Source of the DNA: Bacteroidales bacterium | GTDB lineage: Bacteria > Bacteroidota > Bacteroidia > Bacteroidales > G963667975 | Length of the DNA: 64,000 bases | Direction: 5' to 3' | NCBI GenBank assembly: GCA_963677395.2 | Contig: OY781965.2 | Coordinates: 1,022,330 to 1,086,329 of the forward strand | Shown here: in pieces, positions 1 through 9,501 of the stretch | Numbering within the stretch: the stretch's first letter is position 1 | How the letters are laid out: each line of letters begins with the position of its first letter | The notes under the pieces: model-generated | The model's input: the letters and a program-made list of their open reading frames with translations, nothing else | What the model was told of the DNA's origin: nothing | Database searches by the model: none | Program-made: the position numbers and the translations under genes

Positions 1-1772
1 GCTTTTTGATTCTGAATATGCTTTTTAGCATACTTTCGGCTTTGTTTTCTGTTTTTTCACTGGTTTCGTTTGCTCCGTTTTTGAGTTTGCTGTTTAAAGA
101 TGAGGCATTTACAAAGTCTTCAGGTTCCGCTTCATTGATTTCAGGACTGATGGAGAATATTACACTTTATTTGAAAGAAATTATAGCAACTCAGGGGAAA
201 GGTGCAGCTTTGATTATTTTGGCTGCAAGCATGATTTTGTTCTTTCTACTGAAAAATATTTTCCTCTATCTGGCCACCTGGTTTATGGCTCCTGCTCGTA
301 ATGGTGCTGTGAAAAATATCCGCAATGATTTGTATCATAAGATATTGATACTACCGCTGTCTTTTTATAACCATCATAAAAAGGGAGATATTATTTCCCG
401 AATCAGCAGCGATGTGCAGGAAGTAGATGAAGGAATAATGAAGCCAATACAACAGATTGTAATAGACCTGTTTATGTTTACAGTAACGTTTGTGGCTTTG
501 TTTTTCATTAGCATAAAACTTACGCTGTTCGTGATGATACTTTTACCCATTTCAGGGACTATTATTTCACAAGTTACCCGAAAGCTAAAACGTTCTGCTC
601 CCAAAATGCAGCAACGTATGGGCGATTTGATTTCACAAACTGAAGAAACTCTTTCCGGAATCAGAATTATTAAAGCGTTTAACGCGATTGACTTTTCGCG
701 TGAACGGTACGAAAAAAGTAACAACTTGTTTACATGGATTAAAAATGGAGTTTATCGCCGGACTGACCTTGCTTCTCCTTTAAGCGAATTTCTGGGAACG
801 ATTGTTGTGGCAATAATATTGGTTTTTGGGGGAAATTTAATCTTAAAACACAATTCAAACTTAACACCAGAACTCTTTATTGCGTTTCTGGTATTGTTTG
901 TGCAAGCCATTAATCCTGTAAAAAATCTGGCATCAGCCTATTCCAGCATTCAAAAAGGGAAAGCATCCAGTGGAAGGATTAAACAGCTACTCACTGCAGA
1001 AGAAGTAATTACAGAAAAAGAAAATGCACTTCGAAAATATTCATTTGACCATTCTATTGAGTTCAGAAATTTAAGTTTCTCGTATGAACATGAATCGGTG
1101 TTGAGGAATATTAATCTGGAAATTCCGAAAGGAAAATCTGTTGCAATTGTAGGGGCGTCTGGTGCCGGAAAGTCAACGATGGTAGATCTGATTCCCCGTT
1201 TCTACGATTGTACCGAAGGTGAACTCTGTATTGATTCAGTTTCGGTAAAAGAGTATGTGATTTCGGACGTAAGAGCTCTTACAGGTTTTGTTTCGCAGGA
1301 TACGATTTTGTTTAATGATACGGTTTTCAACAATATTGCGTTTGGACTGGAAAACGTTTCGGAAGCTGAAATTATAGAAGCTGCACGTATTGCAAATGCC
1401 CATGAGTTTATTGTAAATCTGAAAGAGGGCTATCAAACCATGATAGGGGATCGTGGGAACAAACTTTCGGGTGGTCAGCGTCAACGGTTGAGTATTGCCC
1501 GTGCTGTTTTAAGAAATCCACCTATTCTGATTCTTGATGAAGCTACTTCAGCCCTGGATACTGAATCGGAACGACTGGTACAGGATGCATTGGAGAAGAT
1601 TATGGAAAATCGCACAACTATTGCAATCGCTCATCGTCTTACTACCATCCGCAATATGGACGAGATTATCGTGATGGATAAAGGAGAAATTGTGGAACGC
1701 GGTGCCCACAAATTCTTATACGAAGCCAATGGAATTTACCGTAAACTTTGTGATATGCAGAGTATTGCATAG
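1..1772 (+). CDS. ABC transporter, fused permease/ATPase (MsbA-like exporter); N-terminus probably cut by the window edge
   Basis: ORF 6..1772. The TTG at 6 is only the first possible start and the frame stays open to base 3. TM-rich N-half, then Walker A GASGAGKST, ABC signature LSGGQRQR, Walker B ILILDEATSALD, H-loop IAHRL. Confidence 0.85.
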   Translation, partial: FLILNMLFSILSALFSVFSLVSFAPFLSLLFKDEAFTKSSGSASLISGLMENITLYLKEIIATQGKGAALIILAASMILFFLLKNIFLYLATWFMAPARNGAVKNIRNDLYHKILILPLSFYNHHKKGDIISRISSDVQEVDEGIMKPIQQIVIDLFMFTVTFVALFFISIKLTLFVMILLPISGTIISQVTRKLKRSAPKMQQRMGDLISQTEETLSGIRIIKAFNAIDFSRERYEKSNNLFTWIKNGVYRRTDLASPLSEFLGTIVVAIILVFGGNLILKHNSNLTPELFIAFLVLFVQAINPVKNLASAYSSIQKGKASSGRIKQLLTAEEVITEKENALRKYSFDHSIEFRNLSFSYEHESVLRNINLEIPKGKSVAIVGASGAGKSTMVDLIPRFYDCTEGELCIDSVSVKEYVISDVRALTGFVSQDTILFNDTVFNNIAFGLENVSEAEIIEAARIANAHEFIVNLKEGYQTMIGDRGNKLSGGQRQRLSIARAVLRNPPILILDEATSALDTESERLVQDALEKIMENRTTIAIAHRLTTIRNMDEIIVMDKGEIVERGAHKFLYEANGIYRKLCDMQSIA

Positions 1773-1805
1773 ATTTATAGAGTGCTTAACTTCTACTCCT
1801 GGATT

Positions 1806-2714
1806 CTATAACCATCTTTTTCGTTTAAAGTAAACGATAAAGAATATAGCTACAAAAAACATCAGTCCTATCAGGAACCAAAAAGAAAGAGGATGTTCCG
1901 CAAAGGGAAGACGGATGTTCATCCCGTAAAATCCTGTAATAAAGGTAAGTGGTAGTAAAAGTGTAGAAATAAAGGTAAGTACCTTCATGATTTCGTTGAT
2001 ACGGTTAGTCTGCAATGAGTCAAAGGTTTTGCTTAATCCTTCAATCAATTCAGCATAGTCTTCCACCATGTCCCACATCTTTTGGTAATAGTCCAGAATA
2101 TTGCCCCAGTATTCTTCCATATCGTCAGCATAGCCTTTGATTTCGCCCGATTCAAACTTATGGAATAAGCGGAGCTGAGGTTTAAAGATAGTGTTGATAA
2201 GAATAATGTTTTTACGGGTAACCGAAATCTGTTCGATGGTCTTTTCGGCTTTTTTACTGAATAATTGCTGATTGATGAGCTCAACTTCGCCGCCTATGCG
2301 TAAAAGTAGTGAGTAGGTTTCAACCATTAAGCGATCAAGAATTGTGTAAAGAAGAGCATCGCTGGTTTCTTCAAAAAGCTCTTCGGAACGGTTAGGTGTT
2401 TCTTTGTAGGAATTAAACAGATTTTTGATAACCCAGTGTGACTTTCCGATGGTAATAATATAATCTTTTCCCCAGAAAATCTTTACCTCTTTGGTTCGTA
2501 GAAACTTATTGGCTTTGTCAAAGTATGGAAAGTGCAGAATTAAAAAATAATAGTCGTCGTAAATATCAATCTTTGGGCGCTGATTTATACTTCTACAGTC
2601 TTCAATATCAAGCGGGTGGAATTGAAAATGGTCGCGTAAGTGAATAAGGTCTTCTTCCGAAGGATTTAAAATATGGTGCCATTTCAATGACCCGAAGGTG
2701 ATGGTATCAATCAT
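1806..2714 (-). CDS. corA: CorA-family Mg2+/Co2+ transporter
   Basis: 302 aa. Soluble N-domain, then two C-terminal TM helices flanking the GMN signature (GFYGMNIRLPF). Confidence 0.85.
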   Translation of the reverse strand: MIDTITFGSLKWHHILNPSEEDLIHLRDHFQFHPLDIEDCRSINQRPKIDIYDDYYFLILHFPYFDKANKFLRTKEVKIFWGKDYIITIGKSHWVIKNLFNSYKETPNRSEELFEETSDALLYTILDRLMVETYSLLLRIGGEVELINQQLFSKKAEKTIEQISVTRKNIILINTIFKPQLRLFHKFESGEIKGYADDMEEYWGNILDYYQKMWDMVEDYAELIEGLSKTFDSLQTNRINEIMKVLTFISTLLLPLTFITGFYGMNIRLPFAEHPLSFWFLIGLMFFVAIFFIVYFKRKRWL

Positions 2715-2784
2715 AATCAGCCTCCTTTAAGTTGTTAGATTTTTAATCGAGCTTCTACATTCCTGTTGTGTTTTCCCAAACGTG

Positions 2785-2792
2785 CAAATGTA
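2785..2792 (-). promoter_or_regulatory. Bacteroidota-type -7 promoter box (TACATTTG) upstream of corA
   Basis: Matches TAnnTTTG on the minus strand, 71 nt upstream of the corA ATG. Confidence 0.35.
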
Positions 2793-2860
2793 CGTATAAA
2801 GCATGAAAGAGAGGGTATGTATTTCTACAAGATTTACCATCTTCAATAAATAAAAATAGC

Positions 2861-2868
2861 TAACTTTG
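2861..2868 (+). promoter_or_regulatory. -7 promoter box (TAACTTTG) upstream of fbaA
   Basis: Matches TAnnTTTG, about 100 nt upstream of the ATG at 2968. Confidence 0.4.
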
Positions 2869-2967
2869 CTTGAACAGTTTTGTTTGCTTATCTGATGCAT
2901 AATCAGTTTGAAAGACCTGTTGCATCGAATAAATATTGATGGTTAAACAATTTTAAATAGAATACTC

Positions 2968-4047
2968 ATGTCAGAAAAAATTCTTGATCATGTAAAACCA
3001 GGTGTAGCAACTGGTGATGATGTACAAAAGATTTTTGCAATTGCGCGAAAAAACAAATTTGCGATTCCTGCTGTAAATGTTGTTGGAACCAATTCGGTTA
3101 ATGCTGTAATGGAAGCAGCAAAAGTGGTGAATTCACCCGTAATTGTTCAGTTTTCGAATGGTGGAGGCATTTTCTATGGTGGTAAAGCACTTAAGAATGA
3201 AAATGAAAAAGCTGCAATTGCGGGTACTGTTTCTGGCGCAATGCATATTCATCAGATGGCTGAATTTTATGGCGTACCTGTAATTATTCACACAGATCAT
3301 GCTGCACGGAAACTTCTTCCCTGGATTGATGGGTTGTTAGATGCCGGCGAAAAATTCTTTAAAGAACACGGGAAACCATTGTTCAGCTCGCACATGCTCG
3401 ATTTATCAGAAGAATCACTCGAAGAAAATATTGCAACCTGCAAAAAATACTTCGAACGTATGAGTAAAATGGGAATGACCCTTGAAGTAGAACTGGGTAT
3501 TACCGGTGGTGAAGAAGATGGCGTTGATAATACACACGTTGACAATGCCCGTTTATATACGCAACCGGAAGACGTTGCCTATGCTTATGAAGAACTGAGT
3601 AAAATCAGCCATCGTTTTACCATCGCGGCTTCTTTTGGAAATGTTCATGGAGTGTATAAACCAGGCAATGTTCGTCTGGAACCGATTATCCTGCACAATT
3701 CGCAAGAATACATTCAGAAAAAACACAATACAGAAGCAAATCCGGTAAACTTTGTTTTTCATGGAGGTTCAGGTTCCGAACAGGCTAAAATTCGCGAAGC
3801 GATTGAGTATGGTGTGATTAAAATGAATATTGATACCGATACGCAATGGGCATATTGGGAAGGTGTAATGGGTTATTACAAGGCAAAAGAAGCCTATTTG
3901 CAAGCTCAGATTGGAAACCCGGAAGGGGAAGATAAACCCAATAAGAAATACTATGATCCACGTGCGTGGTTACGCGAAGGCGAAAAGACAGTGGTAGAAC
4001 GCTTGAAAATTGCCTTTGAAGACCTTAACTGCATTGGCAGAAACTAA
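2968..4047 (+). CDS. fbaA: Fructose-bisphosphate aldolase, class II
   Basis: 359 aa. Full-length match to the class II FBA pattern as I remember it (IPAVNVVGTNS, IIHTDHAARK, FHGGSGS). Confidence 0.92.
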   Translation: MSEKILDHVKPGVATGDDVQKIFAIARKNKFAIPAVNVVGTNSVNAVMEAAKVVNSPVIVQFSNGGGIFYGGKALKNENEKAAIAGTVSGAMHIHQMAEFYGVPVIIHTDHAARKLLPWIDGLLDAGEKFFKEHGKPLFSSHMLDLSEESLEENIATCKKYFERMSKMGMTLEVELGITGGEEDGVDNTHVDNARLYTQPEDVAYAYEELSKISHRFTIAASFGNVHGVYKPGNVRLEPIILHNSQEYIQKKHNTEANPVNFVFHGGSGSEQAKIREAIEYGVIKMNIDTDTQWAYWEGVMGYYKAKEAYLQAQIGNPEGEDKPNKKYYDPRAWLREGEKTVVERLKIAFEDLNCIGRN

Positions 4048-4067
4048 ATTTATAAATCTGTAAACAG

Positions 4068-4107
4068 AAAAAGGAAAAGCCGTCTTTATGATGACTTTTC
4101 CTTTTTT
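4068..4107. terminator. A/T-rich hairpin between convergent fbaA and the T9SS gene
   Basis: aaaaaggaaaag (4068-4079) pairs with cttttccttttt (4095-4106) around a 15-nt loop. The stem has few G:C pairs. Confidence 0.4.
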
Positions 4108-4132
4108 ACAGAATCTTTTGTAAATCAAGAAT

Positions 4133-5932
4133 TTATTGCTTTATTACATAAATCTTTTGCATAATTATTTTCTGGTTGTTTTTAAGCTCAACAAAATAAA
4201 TACCTGTCTGGATTTTGCTCATCACAATACTATTGTATTGATTATTTAATGCGCTGTTTTGGATTAATGCTCCTTTAGAATCATAAATACGAACCCAAGC
4301 CTGTTGAGGTTTTTCATTTAAATTGAGGATAAGTCTGTTGGTTTGAGAATCAAAATAGGCTCTTCCAACGGGAATAGAGTTTTCTGAATCTTCAATTCCA
4401 ACGGTGCTTTTAACAGAATCAATCGTATTTACAACTGTATTTGTTTCAACATACGGATTATTATCGAAATAGATAAATGCTCTGTTCGAAATTTGAGTAC
4501 CTACCGGCAAATAACCAACAGGTTTTACTGCGAAAGCAAAATATCCCTGACTTCCCTGCATATTATCACCTGAATCAGGCAGGTAAATTGGATCGAAATT
4601 GAATTTTAGGATATTTCCCGGAAGTTTTTCAATATCTACCTGATGCTTGCTTCCTTTAAATTCAACGGTGTTGATGTCGAGATTCGCATCCAGAGTATCA
4701 ATAACCACTACTTTATATGCCGGAGCATTTCCTGTATTCTGAAAACGAACATAATAGTTCAATTTGGTCATATTCAAAATAGATCCCATAGGATTAACCT
4801 GAATATCATTCGGGTCAAAGGACGAACGAACAGCCACTTTGATTGAGTCAACGTTATTATTTAAAACTATTTCTGGTGAATCGGAAATCACTTTCACGAA
4901 AAAACGAACAGTATCATTTAATACTAATTGAGGCGAATGAGTAAACTCAAGGTAATAGGTTTTGCTTATAAAAGGTTGTAAGTTAGAATATCCAAAGGTT
5001 ATTGTGTCAAAAGCAGGCGTTTGTGAGATACTTATCGGAGAAATTCCGTGATAACCCCAATTGCATGTTGCCCCATGAGGATATGCAAGCTTAATTATCC
5101 CATTATTGGGGGAGCAACTCAACCCATTCAACACAAAGCTAATATTGCTTCTGCTATTAATAGAAGCTGCGACAGCATAGTTAAAATCAATAGAATTATC
5201 AATATTATTGGCATTGCAGGTAATCCCAAAATCCATAGGGTTGGTTGATGTTGTTACATCTGCAAAAGAATATTCCCCGGAAGCGGGACAATGTGTAATA
5301 AATGAATTATTCCAGAAATACTTAATTTTCCATAAATCCGTGCCATTAAATCCTGCAGGAATATAGCTAAACCAGCGATTGTAACCAGGATAGTTGTAAA
5401 TCATTGTGTTGTTTATCAAATGGTTGTTGTAGTAGATTGATATTTGTCCACCGATGCCCAATTCTCCTGCGTCTTTAATACAATTATTGTTTTGATCTGC
5501 ATAACCTTGCCCATATATAGAATCGCAATGAGTACCGATGATTTTATAATAGTCTATCTTAATGGTATCAATAAGTCCTGAAACTCTTAATTTACCACTC
5601 ATTATCAAAGCGTAAATTCCAGGAAACTGGTAAAGATGAGTGTCATTATAACAACCAAAATAAGCTGTTCCCTGGTTGGCTTGAATAGGAATAAAAGAAA
5701 CCAGACTATCGCCATCTCCCCAAAAGATTTTATAATCTAATGTGTCGTGTACAAACGAAACATTTGTTGCTGTTCCCCAAAACATTGGTCTTGAGGTATA
5801 AGGTGCTGTAATACAGGGATAACTGTAAGAGGAGTCAGCAAAGGTTGTTATTTTCAAGACAGGATTCTGTGCATTTGCCTTTGAGAAAAGCATTGCAAGA
5901 AGCATTGTAAAAAGTACGACTGATTTTTTCAT
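4133..5932 (-). CDS. Secreted protein with a DUF11-like repeat region and a T9SS type A C-terminal sorting domain
   Basis: Signal peptide MKKSVVLFTMLLAMLFSKANAQ. SFDPNDIQVNP followed by a YYVRFQNTGNAPAYKVVVIDTLD module. The C-terminal roughly 80 aa end GIYFVELKNNQKIIMQKIYVIKQ, typical of Por/T9SS CTDs. Confidence 0.7.
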   Translation of the reverse strand: MKKSVVLFTMLLAMLFSKANAQNPVLKITTFADSSYSYPCITAPYTSRPMFWGTATNVSFVHDTLDYKIFWGDGDSLVSFIPIQANQGTAYFGCYNDTHLYQFPGIYALIMSGKLRVSGLIDTIKIDYYKIIGTHCDSIYGQGYADQNNNCIKDAGELGIGGQISIYYNNHLINNTMIYNYPGYNRWFSYIPAGFNGTDLWKIKYFWNNSFITHCPASGEYSFADVTTSTNPMDFGITCNANNIDNSIDFNYAVAASINSRSNISFVLNGLSCSPNNGIIKLAYPHGATCNWGYHGISPISISQTPAFDTITFGYSNLQPFISKTYYLEFTHSPQLVLNDTVRFFVKVISDSPEIVLNNNVDSIKVAVRSSFDPNDIQVNPMGSILNMTKLNYYVRFQNTGNAPAYKVVVIDTLDANLDINTVEFKGSKHQVDIEKLPGNILKFNFDPIYLPDSGDNMQGSQGYFAFAVKPVGYLPVGTQISNRAFIYFDNNPYVETNTVVNTIDSVKSTVGIEDSENSIPVGRAYFDSQTNRLILNLNEKPQQAWVRIYDSKGALIQNSALNNQYNSIVMSKIQTGIYFVELKNNQKIIMQKIYVIKQ

Positions 5933-6152
5933 AATTTTTTTATTTAAGAGATTTATACTGGCATTCCAGCTAAACTAAATGAATTTTTTCTTCCTTTTTT
6001 TATTTTTTGTCTGATACACAATTAGCTACTGTTTTTTATTGTGTCTGCGTTTTTTGTAAATAGACTCAGATTTTGATTAAAGAGATTTCTTATAACAAAA
6101 AGGTTGGTTGTAGAATTCAATAAAAGTGTTTGTGTAAATCAATCGAAAACAA

Positions 6153-6289
6153 AAAGCGGCTGTTTGAAAAGCCTCTTATCTGGTAAAAAAACATCGACTC
6201 CGCTAAGTCTGACAACTTTAATTCAATAAGTTGTCAGACTTAGCGGAGTCGAAATATTTTAAGGTTGCAGCTTTTCAAACAGCCGCTTT
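6153..6289. repeat. Nested-palindrome intergenic repeat, copy A (likely pta terminator)
   Basis: Perfect 20-bp outer stem (6153-6172 / 6270-6289) encloses a perfect 24-bp inner stem (6194-6217 / 6229-6252). It starts 24 nt after the pta stop and is related to the copies at 10081, 20071 and 61974. Confidence 0.8.
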
Positions 6290-6313
6290 CATATTATAAA
6301 AGCATTTAGAATC

Positions 6314-7315
6314 TTACATTCCAGCCGCTTGATTAGCAGTGATAGCAACCAGATTCACGATGTCGTCAACAGAGCAACCACGTGAAAGGTCGTTAATTGG
6401 AGCAGCCATACCCTGAAGTACAGGGCCAACAGCTTCGGCTCCAGCCATACGTTGAACCAGTTTGTAGGAAATGTTTCCAACTTCCAGAGTCGGGAAAACC
6501 AATACGTTCGCTTTTCCTGCAATTTCACTGCCCGGGGCTTTGCTATTTCCTACCGAAGGAATGATAGCTGCATCAGCCTGAAGTTCACCATCAATTTTCA
6601 AAGATGGATCCATCTCTTTTGCTATGCGGGTAGCACTTACTACTTTATCAACCATTTCGTGTTTTGCACTTCCTTTAGTTGAAAAACTGAGCATCGCCAC
6701 ACGCGGATCTAATCCGGCAATAGCTTTTGCTGTTTTGGCAGTTACAACTGCAATTTCGGCCAGTTCTTTATCTGTTGGATTTGGATGAACTGCACAATCG
6801 GCGAAAACCATGATGCCATTGTCACCCCATTTTTTGTCTTCAAAAAGCATAATAAATGCACCTGATACAACGCTGATTCCGGGTAGTGTTTTTACTACCT
6901 GAAATGCGGGGCGGAGAACGTTTCCGGTTGCATTTTGAGCTCCGGCAACTTCGCCATCAGCATCGCCATTTTTAATCAGAAGCGTTGCCAGATATAAAGG
7001 ATCTTCGGTCAAAGCAATTGCTTGTTCCATGCTTAACCCTTTGCTTTTGCGGATTTCGAAGAGCATATTTGCATAATACTCTTTCTTTGCATGAGTTTTA
7101 GGATCAATAATCTGGGCTTTGTTGATGTTTTTCAGTCCAAACTGAGTTGCCAGATTTTTAATTTCAGCTTCGTTACCAAGAAGAATAATGCGAGCCAGAC
7201 CTTCTTCAATGATAATGTCGGCAGCTTTGAGGGTACGCTCTTCGGTGCCTTCGGGCAACACAATACATTTGTTGTGTTTCTTCGCGTTTTCGCGAATGAG
7301 TTTTATGAATTCCAT
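6314..7315 (-). CDS. pta: Phosphate acetyltransferase
   Basis: 333 aa, short-form PTA_PTB family (IVLPEGTEERTLKAA, SFSTKGSAKH, LVFPTLEVGNISYKL). Confidence 0.9.
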   Translation of the reverse strand: MEFIKLIRENAKKHNKCIVLPEGTEERTLKAADIIIEEGLARIILLGNEAEIKNLATQFGLKNINKAQIIDPKTHAKKEYYANMLFEIRKSKGLSMEQAIALTEDPLYLATLLIKNGDADGEVAGAQNATGNVLRPAFQVVKTLPGISVVSGAFIMLFEDKKWGDNGIMVFADCAVHPNPTDKELAEIAVVTAKTAKAIAGLDPRVAMLSFSTKGSAKHEMVDKVVSATRIAKEMDPSLKIDGELQADAAIIPSVGNSKAPGSEIAGKANVLVFPTLEVGNISYKLVQRMAGAEAVGPVLQGMAAPINDLSRGCSVDDIVNLVAITANQAAGM

Positions 7316-7385
7316 GAAAATATGTGTATTAAAGGTTAAAGATGACAGATAAAGGTGACGGGTTGAAGGTCACGTCATTTTGTCA

Positions 7386-7763
7386 CTATTTAACTGCAAT
7401 TGTTTCAATTTCAACCAGAACACCTAACGGGAGTTTGGTAACAGCATAAGCAGCACGGGCAGGAGCATCAACGGTATAATAGCTTCCATAAATTTCATTC
7501 ATGGCCGCAAAATTTTCCATATCACTCAATAAACAGGTCGATTTTACAACGTTTTCGAAACTATAACCTGCTTCTTTTAGAATAGCTTCAATATTTTTCA
7601 TTACCTGAATGGTTTGTTCTTTAATTCCTCCTTCTACCACTTTCCCGATAGCCGGGTCAATAGGAATCTGACCGCTGATAAATAACATTCCGTTTGCTTC
7701 AATTGCCTGACTGTAAGGGCCAATAGCTTTAGGAGCATTTGCGCTGGTAATTACTTTTTTCAT
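7386..7763 (-). CDS. ridA: RidA/YjgF-family reactive intermediate deaminase
   Basis: 125 aa with [12 protein letters not shown] and a C-terminal VEIETIA pattern. Confidence 0.85.
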   Translation of the reverse strand: MKKVITSANAPKAIGPYSQAIEANGMLFISGQIPIDPAIGKVVEGGIKEQTIQVMKNIEAILKEAGYSFENVVKSTCLLSDMENFAAMNEIYGSYYTVDAPARAAYAVTKLPLGVLVEIETIAVK

Positions 7764-7780
7764 TACTTTGTTTTTGTTTG

Positions 7781-7788
7781 CAAAGCTA
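7781..7788 (-). promoter_or_regulatory. -7 promoter box (TAGCTTTG) upstream of ridA
   Basis: TAnnTTTG on the minus strand, 18 nt upstream of the ATG at 7763. Confidence 0.45.
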
Positions 7789-7833
7789 ATTTTTTTGCTT
7801 GAGAATTACTGGATTATTTAATGCAGATTTGCC

Positions 7834-8490
7834 TTAATCGCATAGAATTTGTGCACTTTTAATAAAAGGAATATCACCTAAATTGTTCATCGCGTTAATT
7901 AGCCAAACTCCTTCAAAATATTTCAGGTCGTTAAGTCCTATTTTCTCTTCCTGAATCAATCCTGAATCGAGTAATTCCTGACGTTTAGTGCCTTTTAGAA
8001 GTGGGTTGGCTGGTGTGAAAAGTTTGTTTTCTCTCTGAAATACAATGTTGTAAATAGAGCCATCGGCAAACAATCCATTTTGAATGATCAAAATATCATC
8101 AGCATCACCTTTTAACGCATAAAGATCATTGAGTCTATCACGATCTTCATACTTGTACATATAGTTTATTTCGTTTGAGGTAATAGCTTTTAATTGGGAG
8201 ATTTTCCGGGTTTGATAAGGTTGAAAGGACACTTTGAGAATGGGATTTCCATCTTCAGATTTTCCATAAATCACCCTGCACTTCCATAAATGATTCAGAT
8301 TATAAGCAGAACTTCTGAACGTATCGAATTGAGACTTTACGTTTGTACATTGAGCAATATCTAACACGTTATGTTCATTGAATAAATCAGATCTGGTTTT
8401 ATTAAAACGTTGATTATGATATTCAATATTTCGAAACTGCCCGTTTTCAATAGCTATGGTCTCAATCAAATGGCACATAAACTTTGTCAA
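7834..8490 (-). CDS. Class IV aminotransferase-fold protein, probable aminodeoxychorismate lyase (PabC-like)
   Basis: 218 aa. Overlaps the 3' end of pabB by 29 nt, which suggests translational coupling. The function is assigned mainly from context and remembered family similarity. Confidence 0.6.
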   Translation of the reverse strand: MTKFMCHLIETIAIENGQFRNIEYHNQRFNKTRSDLFNEHNVLDIAQCTNVKSQFDTFRSSAYNLNHLWKCRVIYGKSEDGNPILKVSFQPYQTRKISQLKAITSNEINYMYKYEDRDRLNDLYALKGDADDILIIQNGLFADGSIYNIVFQRENKLFTPANPLLKGTKRQELLDSGLIQEEKIGLNDLKYFEGVWLINAMNNLGDIPFIKSAQILCD

Positions 8491-9433
8491 TTAATTCCTG
8501 GTATTCTTTTTCGGCATTACTGTTAACGGTTATGCCACCGCCACTTTTGTAGATGAGGTTATTACCGGATTTTTCTATAAACCGAATCATTACAGTACTG
8601 TCAAAAGAATTTCCGTCGTACAAGCCTGCAACCCCTGTGTAATATCCTCTTTCGTACCGTTCCGATTCGAGAATGATTTCCACTGTTTTCTTTTTAGGAG
8701 CACCACTTACCGAACCTGCCGGAAGTAATGAAAGTAAAATATCTCCAATATGTTGATGATAGTCTAATCCAAGAACACCCGAAATTTCGGAACTCACCTG
8801 TAGTAAATCTTTATTTCGGGTTTTCAGATAATCAATATAACGAAAACGACCTACCCTTACTTGTTTCGCAACCTTACTCAAATCGTTCCGAATCAGGTCA
8901 ACAATAGTATTATGTTCTGCCATCTCTTTTGAATCGGCAAGAATTTTATGTTCAGCATCAGGAATGGAAGCATCAATTGTGCCTTTCATTGGAAACGAAC
9001 GGATAATACCTGCTTCATCGATGGTAATAAAGGTTTCTGGAGAGAAAAAAACAAATTCATCCGGAACCAATAGCTTATAACGAGCTGTTGACTGGCAATA
9101 AATTTCTTCCAATGTCAGATTTGTACTGATTTGGGTAGGCTGTGTATAGTTTGTAAGAAATGAATTGCCATAGCGTAAGTGATTCATTACGCAATCAAAT
9201 CCTGTTTTATAATGCTCGCTTGAAACAGGAATTCGATTAAATATGCTATTTGCGGTAAACTCTGATTTAGGGTAAAGATTGGATTTTCCCCTAAAGTCAT
9301 AATAAACCAGAATTGGTTCATCCAGCAAAAACACCAATGGTTTCTGCATCAAGAAGTCGAAAACAAACAAAAAAGGAGTTTGGTTTCGTCCATAGTCGTT
9401 GAGTTTTAAACGTACGGAGTCTGTCAAATTCAT
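8462..9433 (-). CDS. pabB: Aminodeoxychorismate synthase component I (short, chorismate-binding domain only)
   Basis: Chorismate-binding motifs PAGSVSGAPKKK, GYYTGVAG, YKSGGGIT. The track ORF starts at the TTG at 9442, but that codon lies inside the -7 box at 9440-9447. I prefer the ATG at 9433. Confidence 0.75.
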   Translation of the reverse strand: MNLTDSVRLKLNDYGRNQTPFLFVFDFLMQKPLVFLLDEPILVYYDFRGKSNLYPKSEFTANSIFNRIPVSSEHYKTGFDCVMNHLRYGNSFLTNYTQPTQISTNLTLEEIYCQSTARYKLLVPDEFVFFSPETFITIDEAGIIRSFPMKGTIDASIPDAEHKILADSKEMAEHNTIVDLIRNDLSKVAKQVRVGRFRYIDYLKTRNKDLLQVSSEISGVLGLDYHQHIGDILLSLLPAGSVSGAPKKKTVEIILESERYERGYYTGVAGLYDGNSFDSTVMIRFIEKSGNNLIYKSGGGITVNSNAEKEYQELIDKVYVPFD

Positions 9434-9439
9434 AATTTG

Positions 9440-9447
9440 CAAAAGTA
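9440..9447 (-). promoter_or_regulatory. -7 promoter box (TACTTTTG) for pabB-pabC
   Basis: TAnnTTTG on the minus strand, ending 7 nt before the ATG at 9433. This implies a very short or absent leader. Confidence 0.4.
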
Positions 9448-9475
9448 ATTCATTTCTTACTGGGATGAAAAGTAT

Positions 9476-9483
9476 TAGCTTTG
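9476..9483 (+). promoter_or_regulatory. -7 promoter box (TAGCTTTG) for pabA
   Basis: TAnnTTTG overlaps the TTG start used by the ORF track (9481). This argues for the ATG at 9502. Confidence 0.4.
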
Positions 9484-9501
9484 CAGCCTATTAAAATTCA
9501 A

